A stretch of 64,000 bases of DNA, from NCBI GenBank assembly GCA_038087875.1, contig CM075994.1, positions 9,426,001-9,490,000 of the forward strand, given 5' to 3'. This DNA comes from Malacoraja senta (Eukaryota). A model generated the notes under the pieces. The model ran no database searches. It saw only the letters and a list, made by a program, of their open reading frames with translations, and was not told where the DNA came from. Position numbers and translations under genes: made by a program. Each line of letters begins with the position of its first letter. The first letter of the stretch is position 1. This document shows positions 53,159-64,000 of this stretch, in pieces.

Positions 53159-53771
53159 TTTCCCTTCACCCATCTGCCCAAACCCACTCTCCCCCCTCCT
53201 TTCCACCCATAAACCTCTCTCTGCCTTTACATTTCACTCCTCTTTCAAATCTGCATTACTTATTTACATGCATTTTTCTTCTTAACCTTTTAGTCATAGA
53301 ATGATGCAGTGTGGAAACAGGCCCTTCAACCCAACTTGCCACACCGACCAACATGTCCCACTCACACGCGTTTGGCCCATATCCATCTAAACCTGTCCTA
53401 TCCATGTACGTGTCCAAATGTCTCTTAAACATTAGGATAGTCCAAGCCTTAAGGCAAGGCAAGGCAAGGCAAATTTATTTGTATAGCACCATTCGTGCAA
53501 ACAGCAATTCAAGGTGCTTTACAGGAAAGAAAAAATAAAATAGTCAATAATTAAAAATTGCAAAATAAGCAATACGACGACTTCCGGTGGCGTCATGTTG
53601 GACTAACAGACGTGCACCTAGCTCCTCTCCCGAAAAACTTCACGATTTATCGTGTAAAACGGGTCCAGAAATCGGGATTGTTTTTAAAAACCTTACCGGA
53701 GCTTCTGGTTACCGCGCTGATGACGTCATCGTTAAACGCGATGTTTTAAACGGTGGTTTGAAGCCCTTTAA

Positions 53772-54836
53772 ATGAGTAAATTGTCTCCAGCTGTGAGCCC
53801 TCAGAGAGCAGTGAAAAAGCTGCTGAAAAAGTCTGAAGCAGAAGTTACCTCTGAAGTCTCTGAAGTGGCTGCAGAAATGGATACAAGATCTAAGAAAGAC
53901 TTTGATGACTTGAAGAAATCAATGAAAAATTTGAAAGATGAGATTTCGGATAATAGGGTGGAAGATAAGAAGGAAATGAAGGAAAATACGGCAAAAATGA
54001 TGGAAGGAATGGAGAAGATGATGAAGGATTTAAATGCTGGTAACCAGAAGAATATGATGGATTTACTGGACATTATGAATAAACGAATTGATGAGGTGAA
54101 AGATGGACTATCAGAGAAAATGGATAAGATGGATGTAATTACTACGGATAAGTTCACGGCTGTACTTGAAACAGTAGCTGCAAGTATGCACACAATTACG
54201 GAATTGGAGAAAAACACGGCTCGACTGGTTGAAGACATGGCGAAATTGAGGCAAGAACATGAGCAAATGAGGCGAGAAAATGAACAAGCGTCACTACAAA
54301 TGGGGACTCAATTAGAGAAAGTCTCAGTCAAATGCCTGGACCTGGAAGCTCGCTCTAGACGCCAGAATTTGAGAATTCTTGGTGTTTCAGAGGGGGCAGA
54401 AGGGGAACAGGTACGTGAATTTGCCATGGGCTTGTTGAAACAACTGTTGAATCTTTCCAAGGAACCGAAAATCGAAGTGGCTCATCGTGTCCCAAGATTT
54501 GGAAAAAGATCTGGTGCGGGAAAAGCTTATCCACGACATATTATAGTGAAATTTCGAGATACTGCAGAACTGGAATATGTTATGAGCAAAATCAAATATG
54601 GTGTACAATTGCGGCTGGACAAGGACACTATTAAGATATTCAGGGACTACCCGTATGAAATTGTGCAAAAAAGAAACAAATTTGATAAGGTTAAAGATCT
54701 TTTAAGAGGGAGAGAAGGGGTCAGATTTGGGGTTTTTTATCCCGCGAAAATGCGTATTTCCTTTAATGGTCTTGAAAAGTCATTTGTTAAGCCTGAAGAC
54801 GCATTCAAATATGCCCAAACGATCGTTGAAAAATAG
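53772..54836 (+). CDS. L1 ORF1p (coiled coil, RRM, CTD), intact, 354 aa
   Basis: DLEARSRRQNLRILGVSEG, AHRV, PRHIIVKF, IFRDYP, FYPAKMRI motifs. Confidence 0.93.
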   Translation: MSKLSPAVSPQRAVKKLLKKSEAEVTSEVSEVAAEMDTRSKKDFDDLKKSMKNLKDEISDNRVEDKKEMKENTAKMMEGMEKMMKDLNAGNQKNMMDLLDIMNKRIDEVKDGLSEKMDKMDVITTDKFTAVLETVAASMHTITELEKNTARLVEDMAKLRQEHEQMRRENEQASLQMGTQLEKVSVKCLDLEARSRRQNLRILGVSEGAEGEQVREFAMGLLKQLLNLSKEPKIEVAHRVPRFGKRSGAGKAYPRHIIVKFRDTAELEYVMSKIKYGVQLRLDKDTIKIFRDYPYEIVQKRNKFDKVKDLLRGREGVRFGVFYPAKMRISFNGLEKSFVKPEDAFKYAQTIVEK

Positions 54837-55648
54837 AAATGAAAGGGAGTTTTGGCAGATCCGAACCATTCTCAGCAATGTTTTGTCTGGGGATAGTTAC
54901 ACTGTTATCTCTGGAATGTTGAATCAAGGACATTTTCTGTTCAAAACGTGTAAACAACTGAACAGTTGGAATATAAATCAGAAAATAATTGCTTATTGAT
55001 TAAAATATTATAACCAATTGTAAGAACTTATCCTATTAACAACTTAACAAGTTATGCAGGTTAGATTAGAATACTAACAAAAAAATAAAAATAATGAACT
55101 AACATACTAATATGAATTTTTAATAAATTGTAACCTTATCTATAAGCGGGAGGAGGGGATGAGAAACGAGCTCCTGGCTTATGTCCAGGAGCACGTCTCG
55201 TTAACCCCTTCAATCAACAGTTGATTCTTATTGAAATCAAAAATATTGGTTTAATAATTAAACTCCGATATATATATATGTTATAAGGAAATATCAGGGT
55301 AAAATTGTATTATATATCTGAATGTGAGGCCTCGTTTTAATATTTTAATATGTTATGATTAACTAAGAGAGCGGAGCTATTTGAGTAACAACGCAATGGA
55401 AGTCAAAACAAGGTTTTTTCCCACCTACAGGTGGGACACTCGCTACAGTGCCGACTATATCAGACACTGTAGCCTCACTTTTTTAGTTTTTTTTTTATCA
55501 CATAAAATCACTTGTTTGTGTTTTGTGTTTAGTGATAAGAGTAAAATGGACATACCAGCAAAAGTTAATAATTCAAAAACTCCCCCAATACCTAAAGACC
55601 TGGGACATGGACGCACCACAAGATTCAAAGGTACTATAATTATTCAAA

Positions 55649-58600
55649 ATGCATGACACCACACAAAAGAACCTAGGAGGAATCTCATTTTGTAGTTGGA
55701 ATATAAGAGGTATTAACGAACCTATCAAAAGGGGTAAGATATTAGCTCAGCTAAAAATGTACAATTCTGACATTACCTTCCTACAAGAAACACACCTAAA
55801 ACCTCAGGATCAAGTTAGGCTGAGGGCGAAATGGATAGGTCAAACATACCATTCTTCATTTACTTCAAAATCTAGAGGCACGTCAATTATCATAAGAAAA
55901 GGTATACCATTTAAAGCAAAGAATATTATAACAGATATAGAAGGGAGATACCTAATAGTTAATGGAGAAATCCATGACACTCCACTTACTTTGGTAAATA
56001 TATATGCCCCTAACTTTGATAACCCCCACTTTTTCAATAAAATCTTCAATATAATTGCAGAGTCAAACTATCAAAATGTTATAATAGGCGGAGACTTTAA
56101 CTGTGTTTTAGATCCGTACTTAGATAAATCAAGTCAAAAACAGAGAGGGAATATGAAATCGAAAACTGGGGAACTCCTCAATACCTATATAAATAACACT
56201 AATATAGCAGATGTTTGGAGAATTGTGAATCCAACTGGCAGGGAATATTCGTTTTACTCAATGGTACATAAGACATACTCACGTATAGACTACTTTCTGC
56301 TGGATACAAAATTAATCCCCCAAACATCTAATGCAATATACCATACAAATTCAATTTCAGACCATTCTCCACTAACTTTCTTTTTAAAACTGGAAGGATT
56401 GTCTAAGAATAAATCATTCTGGAGATTTAACTCTCAAATTTTAAAAGATCCACAAGCGAGTATATATTTAAAAGAACAAATGGAGGTCTTTTTTCAAACA
56501 AATGATACTTCAGATATATCGCCTACTTTACTTTGGGAATCTTTTAAAGCATACATTAGGGGTATTATAATTTCATATCAAGCTTTTCAAAATAAAAAGA
56601 ATAAGAATGAACAAAGACAGTTAGAAGAACTTATTAGACAAATGGATATAGATAATGCTAAAGATCCATCAATAGATAAACATAATAAAATAATAATTTT
56701 AAAATTTAAATTAAATAAATTATTATCTGCCAAACTTATAAGACTTTTTCAAATTACAAAACAAGAGCACTTTGAATTTGGGGATAAACCGCATAAACTT
56801 TTGGCTCGCCAGCTAAAAAAACGAGAAAAGGAACATACTATACCAAAGATCAAATCAGATAAGGGGGAATTATTAACAACACCGAAGGATATTAATAAAA
56901 GATTTGCGCAATTTTACGAGAATTTGTATACATCTAAAACGATAATTGATTCCAATAATATCACAAAGTTCTTGGATACCTGTAATCTTCCAAAGTTAGA
57001 GCTGAAGGAACAAGAGGAACTGGGTGCACAAATCTCAATTAAGGAATTAGAAGATACAATAAACTCATTAAAGAATGGAAAAACACCAGGCCCTGATGGA
57101 TTTACTAATGAATTTTATAAAAGCTTTTATGATAAAATAATACCAAGATTACAAAAAATGTACCAATACGCTTTTAAAAAACGAATACTACCTGATACAT
57201 TAGCGGAATCAACGATTACATTAATACCTAAGAAAAATAAAGATTTAGAAGAACCTGGCTCATATAGAGCTATAGCATTGTTAAACACAAATCAAAAAAT
57301 ATTAGCGAAAACATTAGCTAGAAGATTAAGTAAATACATTAGTAAATTAATAAACCCAGATCAGACAGGGTTTATCCCTAAGAGATACTCTTCTAATAAT
57401 ATGAGACGTCTACTCAACATAATGCACTCACACAAATCTGAAGATCAAGAATTATCAATTATTTCGCTGGATGCTGAAAAAGCATTTGATCAAGTAGAAT
57501 GGAATTATATGGATAAAGTATTACAAAAATTTCAACTGGGAGAGAATTTTATTTTATGGATTAAGTTACTATATAACAAACCTACAGCTAGAATACTTAC
57601 TAATAACATATTATCCTCGAAATTTCAACTATCAAGGGGAAATAGACAAGGATGCTCATTATCACCACAGCTGTTTGCTCTCATTATTGAACCGCTAGCA
57701 GAAAAAATTAGAATACACCCTGATATTCATGGATATAATACTAAAGACTCATATAATAAAATATCTTTATATGCGGATGATATATTATTGTATATTACAA
57801 AACCTCAAATCACTATACCAAATATATTAAATTTAATTGAAGACTTCGGATCTTTTTCTGGATATAGAATAAATTGGAATAAAAGTGAAATTATGTCAAT
57901 AAAACCGAAAGATTCAACACATCTTTTAAAATTCCCTTTTAAAATAGCTACAGAAAAATTTAAATATTTGGGAATCGAAATTACCAGAACATATCAAGGT
58001 ATGTTCAGGGCAAATTTTGACCCCCTACTTAATAAACTAAATACATTAATTAAATTCTGGAAAACGCTCCCGATGTCTTTAATAGGCCGAATAAACGCAA
58101 TAAAAATGATCTTTTTACCACAAATTTTATACCTATTTCAATCAATTCCTATATACTTACCTAAGAAGTTTTTAAAAAAACTCGACTCAGATATCACTAA
58201 TTTTATATGGGACTATAAATCACATAGAATACAAAAAACCCATCTGAATAAACCTAAAGTATTGGGGGGTTTAGCACTACCTAATTTTATGTATTATTAT
58301 TGGTCAGTAAATATTAAAAACATGATTCAACTGATGGATAACTCCGCCCAGCAAGTAGACTGGATTGTAATGGAGAAAGAGGATTGCTCCTCTAGAAACA
58401 TTGGAGCGATCCTCCTCTCTCCAATGAAACTGAATAACATAAATTATAATAAGAACCCAATTATTCATAGTACAATCCGTATTTGGAAACAAATAAAACA
58501 AAATTTAAAATTAAGAAACTTATCATTTTTATTACCTATAGTCAATAACCCTTCGTTTAGTCCTTCTATTATAGATAAAGCTTATACACAATGGGATACT

Positions 58601-59438
58601 AGGAATTAAAACGCTTGGTGACTTGTATGAAACTGGAAAATTACTTTCATTTCAACAATTACAAATAAAATATAAACTCGGAAATAATCAATATTTTAAA
58701 TATTTTCAAATATGCGACTATTTGAAAAAATATACAAAAGATCATTATAATAATCCAGTAGATGTATTGGACGAGGCAATGCAGATAAAAGCGGAATCAG
58801 CAAACTTAATATCATATTTGTATAATATTATTTTAAATGTACAAATACCACCTACGGAGGGTATCAGAAGAGACTGGGAACAAGAGTTAGCTATTAAAAT
58901 TTCAAAGGAAAGTTGGAATGAATACTTATTAAACGTGCATAAATGCTCGATTAATGTAAGACACACTTTAATACAATTTAAAATTTTACATAGATTATAT
59001 TATTCGAAAACTAAAATTCATAAAATTTTCCCAAACGTATCATCTATTTGTGATAAATGTCAATCCCAAGAAGCAACTATAGCGCACTCATTTGTCTTCT
59101 GTACAAAAATTCAAAAATTTTGGAATGAAATTTTTGAAATCTTTACAAAGTTATTTAAAACAAGACTGATACCCAAAGCAGAATGGATTATCTTCGGAAT
59201 AACGGAAGATGACCCAGAACTAAATGTGTTTCAAAAGAAATTAATGGACTATGGGTTAATAACTGGAAAAAAGCTAATTCTAAAATTTTGGAAGAAGGCT
59301 CCAATACCAACTATAAATATGTGGATTTCAAATATGTTTGAAACATTACACCTAGAAGAGATAAGACTCCTCCTAGCAGGTAAACCAGATCACTTCCACC
59401 TGACGTGGTCTGCATTTATAGAATTATTACAAACATAG
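55649..59438 (+). CDS. L1 ORF2p (APE endonuclease, RT, CCHC) with a single frameshift near 58600
   Basis: 986-aa ORF (SWNIRG, FLQETH, GGDFN, SDHSP, LYADD) continued by ORF 58623-59438 (CDKC...H....C). Confidence 0.93.
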
Positions 59439-59828
59439 GGTGCAAAAGTACTTAAAAAAAATAAAAAATTGAGGTCAGGTAAGGGGGGATGATAGTTGAA
59501 GAGTTGGTATGTCCTATTTACGTGATGCTCAAAAAAAAAACATTTGTTTTTCTTTTTTTCTCTTTCTCTTTTCTTTTCTTAGGGCCTATTTCTTAACTCT
59601 TTTTCTTTTTGTTTTTAATTTCGCTCTTATAGGGTCTTCGTCCTTTTTTGTTGTTACATTTTCTACACTTTTCTACACTTGCACTTTTTCCTTCACTTTC
59701 TTCTTTCTTTCAATCTTTTCCTTTTCTAGTGTAAAAAAATAAATAAAGGGAGTACATTAATTGTAAGAAGATATAAATGATGAGTATTAATGTATGTGGT
59801 TGTAATGTAATGTACTTCTAATAAATAA

Positions 59829-59860
<32 letters not shown>

Positions 59861-61083
59861 TAAGCAATACGACAAATGTATGAATAATAAAACAACGTCA
59901 ATGAAGCAATAAAACAATTTTAAAAAGCACATAAAAGGGTTAAAATTAGGCAGTTAAGGTTACCTGCATGTCGGGTTATGGAAAAGCTATAGTAAACAAC
60001 AGTGTTTTAAGGCCTGATTTAAATGCGCTTACAGTCTGTGTACACCTCACGTGTTCAGAGAGCTTGTTCCACAGGTGTGGAGCATCAAAACCGAATGCTG
60101 CTTCAGCCTTTTTAGTTCTGACCCTGGGAACACAGAGTAAACCTGTCCCTGAAGGCCTGAGGAGTCTAGGTGCCTCATATACAACAAGTAGGTCAGAGAT
60201 GTATTTTGGACCTAGACCATTCAGTGCTTTGTAGGTCAGTAACAGAATTTTAAAATCTATCCTCTTACACACAGGGAGCCAGTGCAAAGATTTAAGGACA
60301 GGTGTAATGTGGTCAATTTTCTTGGTGTTGGTCAAGACTCTGGCAGCGGCATTTTGGATAAGCTGCAGTTGTTTAATTGATTTTTTATTGAGACCTGTAA
60401 AGATGCCATTACAATAATCTAACCTACTAAAAATATATGCATGAACAAGTTTTTCAGTGTCTTCTTTGGACAGAAATCCCTTGATTCTTGCAATATTTTT
60501 TAGATGGTAATAGGCAGATCTGGTAATGGTCTTTATATGGCTATTAAAATTCAAATCCGAGTCCATAACTACACCAAGGTTTCTGGCTTTGCCTGTGGTT
60601 TTCAGTGCAATTGAGTGGAGTTGAGCACTCACCTCTAGCCTTGTTTTTTTGGGACCAAAGACAATAATTTCTGTCTTATTTGCATTGAGCTGGAGGAAGT
60701 TCTGGTTCATCCACTCATTGATATGTTTGACACATTGGCTCAGTGAGTGTAGGGGACTATGGTCATGTGGTGACACTGCGATATATAGTTGTGTATCTAC
60801 GTCCTCTGGCAGCTCGTTCCATGCACCCACCACCCTTTGTGTGAAAAAGCTACCTCTCAGATTCCTGTTCATTTCTGAAATATTGGTCATAAATTTGGTG
60901 CAAAAATGCTACAAAATAAGGCTCAGAATGCATCAGAGAGCATCTAAAACCCCTGGACCCCGGCATCGAGCAACTTCACGCTTCACACTCGTGATGTGCG
61001 CAGCGCGCACATTTTTCACATTAAAGCATTTTGTAATCCTGTCATGCCACCCCACCTTTTTGAAAAGCTTCGTACAGGCCTGT

Positions 61084-61502
61084 ATCATGTAGTCATCAGT
61101 AATTCGATCTTTTGCTTGCCTCCTCCCTCTACCTCTCTCCCTCAGACCATTCCCTAGTCAAAATCACAAGGGAATTTCAATAAAGGACAGAGTGCTGGCG
61201 TAACTCGGTGAGACGGGCAACATCTCTGGAGAACACGGACTGGTGACGTTTCCAGTTGGGATCCTTCTACAGATTTCAGGGAATTTGAAGACTTCTGTTC
61301 AGAATCTTTCCTGTTCTCTCTCTTGCCTTCGAAGCTCAGCTGTTCAAATCCAAAGATGAATTGCCTTGTGGTCCTGGTAGCTGGTCTCATTCTCAGTGCC
61401 TCTCCGGGTAAGGAAATATAACTATTTTGTTGTCCTCTAGTTTAACTGTGGAAAGCCATTTTAGATTCTCAAGTGGGATTGGAATTCTTGGTTAGACATT
61501 TA
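61084..61502 (+). repeat. Inverted duplicate of 38438-38828 plus ~33912-33940
   Basis: Colinear reverse-complement match that includes the signal exon, its splice sites and an old Penelope-derived repeat. Confidence 0.9.
61356..61407 (+). CDS. Signal-peptide exon of a putative second Ly6 paralog (remaining exons not seen in the window)
   Basis: MNCLVVLVAGLILSASP+G, 52 nt; acceptor ...ttgccttcgaag ending at 61334; donor G|gtaagg. Confidence 0.72.
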
Positions 61503-62060
61503 GCCAGGGCCGGATTTACGTATAAGCTTCATAGGCTTAAGCCTCGGGCCTCGAAATCTAGGGGGCCTCCAACCAAGGCAGGACACCTGCCGTTCAACTC
61601 TGGGCGGGCCCCCCTCTCTATCTCTCTCTCTCTCTTTGTCTCTCTCCGTCTCCTCCCGCCATCCGTGTCCGGGCCGCCGGGCTCCGCTCTCCACTCGCTC
61701 CTCATCCGCCGGCAAGGCAGGCCGCCTTGCACATGCGCACTGCTACGGCCAGCACATCATCGGCCGCCCTGCACATGCGCACTGCCACGGCAACTGGTCG
61801 GCGCTGGTTACTTTCTCCCTCGTTTTGAATTGTGGGAGATCTGGCCGCCATTGCTGTCCGGTCGCCTCCTTGCTGCCACCGCTGAAAGCCAACGCAGAAT
61901 CACTCCCTGACCCTGGAGCTGGAGTAACTCCCTGGAGTAACTCTTGCTTCTGGTTTCCTGGTCCTCCAAAAATATTCTAAATGGAATTTAAACTGGAGGT
62001 AGTGGAGGGCTGAACAATAACAGCCTATTGTATTTTATCTGTTTATTTATTGTGTATATA

Positions 62061-63645
62061 CAGTGGCTTGCAAAAGTATTCATACCCCTTGAACTTTTCC
62101 ACATTTTGTCACGTTACAACCACAAACGTAAATGTATTTTATTGGGATTTTATGTGATAGACCAACACAAAGTGGCGCATAATTGTGAAGTGGAAGGAAA
62201 ATGATACATGGTTTTCAAATTTTTTTACAAATAAAAAACTGAAAAGTGTGGCGTGCAAAAGTAGCAGCCCCCTTTACTCTGATACCCCTAAATAAAATCC
62301 AGTGCGACCAATTGCCTTCAGAAGTCACCTAATTAGTAAATAGAGTCCACTTGTGTGTAATCTAATCTCAGTATAAATACAGCTGTTCTGTGAAGGCCTC
62401 AGAGGTTTGTTAGAGAACATTAGTGAACAAACTGCATCATGAAGCCCAAGGAACACACCAGACAGGTCAGGGATAAAGTTGTGGAGAAGTTTAAAGCAGG
62501 GTTAGGTTATAAACAAATATCCCAAGCTTTGAACATCTCACGGAGCATTGTTCAATCCATCATCCGAAAATGGAAAGAGTATGGCACAACTGCAAACCTA
62601 CCAAGACATGGCCGTCCACCTAAACTGACAGGCCGGGCAAGGAGAGCATTGATCAGAGAAGCAGCCAAGAGGCCCATGGTAACTCTGGAGGAGCTGCAGA
62701 GATCCACAGCTCAGGTGGGAGAATCTGTCCACAGGACAACTATTAGTCGTGCACTCCACAAATCGGGCCTTTATGGAAGAGTGGCAAGAAGAAAGCCATT
62801 GTTGACAAAAAGCCATAAGAAGTCCCGTTTGCAGTTTGCCACAAGCCATGTGGGGGGGACAGCAAACATGTGGAGGAAGGTGCTCTGGTCAGATGAGACC
62901 AAAATTGAAGTTTTTGGCCTAAATGCAAAACGCTATGTGTGGCGGAAAACTAACACTGGACATCACCCTGAACACACCATCCCCACTGTGAAACATGGTG
63001 GTGGCAGCATCATGCTGTGGGGATGCTTTTCTTCAGCAGGGACAGGGAAGCTGGTCAGAGTTGATGGGAAGATGGATGGAGCCAAATACAGGGCAATCTT
63101 GGAAGAAATCCTGTTAGAGTCTGCAAAAGACTTGAGACTGGGGCGGAGGTTCACCCTCCAGCAGGACAACGACCCTAAACATACAGCCAGAGCTACAATG
63201 GAATGGCCCAATCAAAGTCCAGACCTAAATCCAATTGAGAATCTCTGGCAAGACTTGAAAATTGCTGTTCACAGACGCTCTCCATCCAATCTGACTGAGC
63301 TTGAGCTATTTTGCAAAGAAGAATGGGCAAAAATTTCAGTCTCTAGATGTGCAAAGCTGGTAGAGACATACCCCAAAAGACTTGCAGCTGTAATTGCAGC
63401 GAAAGGTGGTTCTACAAAGTATTGACTCAGGTGGGGCTGAATACTTTTGCACGCGACACTTTTCAGTTTTTTTATTTGTAAAAAAATTTCAAAACCATGT
63501 ATCATTTTCCTTCCACTTCACAATTATGCACCACTTTGTGTTGGTCTATCACATAAAATCCCAATAAAATACATTTACATTTGTGGTTGTAACGTGACAA
63601 AATGTTGAAAAGTTCAAGGGGTATGAATACTTTTGCAAGCCACTG
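62061..63645 (+). mobile_element. Tc1-family DNA transposon, IR/DR type, TA TSD
   Basis: TA|CAGTGGCTTGCAAAAGTATTCATACCCC ... CACTG|TA; ~210-bp TIRs with inner direct repeats. Confidence 0.97.
62439..63425 (+). CDS. Tc1 transposase, open ORF of 328 aa with an in-frame deletion in the DDE domain
   Basis: Paired-like HTH, GRPPK, WSDETK, QQDNDPKH, SPDLNPIE; D-E spacing is 23 rather than 34. Confidence 0.93.
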   Translation: MKPKEHTRQVRDKVVEKFKAGLGYKQISQALNISRSIVQSIIRKWKEYGTTANLPRHGRPPKLTGRARRALIREAAKRPMVTLEELQRSTAQVGESVHRTTISRALHKSGLYGRVARRKPLLTKSHKKSRLQFATSHVGGTANMWRKVLWSDETKIEVFGLNAKRYVWRKTNTGHHPEHTIPTVKHGGGSIMLWGCFSSAGTGKLVRVDGKMDGAKYRAILEEILLESAKDLRLGRRFTLQQDNDPKHTARATMEWPNQSPDLNPIENLWQDLKIAVHRRSPSNLTELELFCKEEWAKISVSRCAKLVETYPKRLAAVIAAKGGSTKY

Positions 63646-63659
63646 TATATATGGTCAAT

Positions 63660-63953
63660 GGCGGAGAGCTGGGAATGGGAGGGGAAGGAGGGAGAAAGCA
63701 AGGACTATCTGAAATTAGAGAAGCCAATGTTCATACCGCTGGGGTGTAAACTACCCAAGCAAATATGAGGTGCTGCTCCTCCAATATGCGGTGGGCCTCA
63801 CTCTGGCCATGGAGGAGGCCCAGGACAGCAAGGTCGGATTCGGAATGGGAGGGGGAGTTGTAGTGTTGCGCCACCAAGAGATCAGGTTGGTTATTGCGAA
63901 CTGAGTGGAGGTGTTGTGCGAAGCGATCGCCAAGCCTGCGCTTGGTCTCACCG
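63660..63953 (-). mobile_element. Penelope-like element GIY-YIG endonuclease C-terminal fragment
   Basis: GETKRRLGDRFAQHLHSV...VAQHYNSPSH...LEEQHLIF. Confidence 0.85.
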
Positions 63954-64000
63954 AGGTTGATCATACGCTGAATAATCCAACCACATTTTTGTTTGGAAGT

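Larger units (their letters stand above)
53579..59856 (+). mobile_element. Full-length L1 LINE with poly(A) tail and 17-bp TSD
   Basis: Starts GACTTCCGGT; ORF1 and ORF2; AATAAA + poly(A); AAAATAAGCAATACGAC at 53562-53578 and 59857-59873. Confidence 0.97.
53451..60797 (-). mobile_element. L2-clade LINE 3' fragment, interrupted by L1 and itself inserted in a CR1 3' fragment
   Basis: ORF 59976-60890: DTQLY, LQLNANKTE, SRLDYCN, LQLIQNAAARVL, HITPVLKSLHWLPV; 3' end GTGCTATACAAATAAA with (GCCTT)n tail at 53451-53490. Confidence 0.92.

Noticed and set aside
59976..60890. 304-aa ORF as a novel fusion gene
   Set aside because: Chance in-frame join of a CR1 fragment and an inserted L2 fragment; no promoter or expression evidence

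Overview
Eukaryotic, TE-saturated genomic DNA, very likely from a cartilaginous fish (skate/ray/shark), judged from HE1-type tRNA SINEs and abundant CR1 (HER1-like) LINEs. The only host gene I can support is a minus-strand Ly6/uPAR (three-finger) gene assembled by hand from three coding exons: 38559-38508 (signal peptide), 10857-10750 and 9903-9701. The first two exons are separated by a 27.6 kb intron made almost entirely of nested TEs. A near-identical signal-peptide exon lies on the + strand at 61356-61407, suggesting a head-to-head paralog continuing beyond the window. That intron holds an alternating A-B-A-B-A array of non-autonomous Helitrons (~11183-32940) with nested inserts: a DIRS retrotransposon with complete termini, two TIR elements and a CR1; a full-length CR1 lies just beyond the array. 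Elsewhere: a near-intact full-length L1 nested in an L2 nested in a CR1, a truncated L1, a Tc1 with an in-frame catalytic-domain deletion, Penelope-derived repeats with hammerhead-like cores, and many micro/minisatellites. No prokaryotic features or CRISPR. All calls are by eye; no alignment or database search was run.
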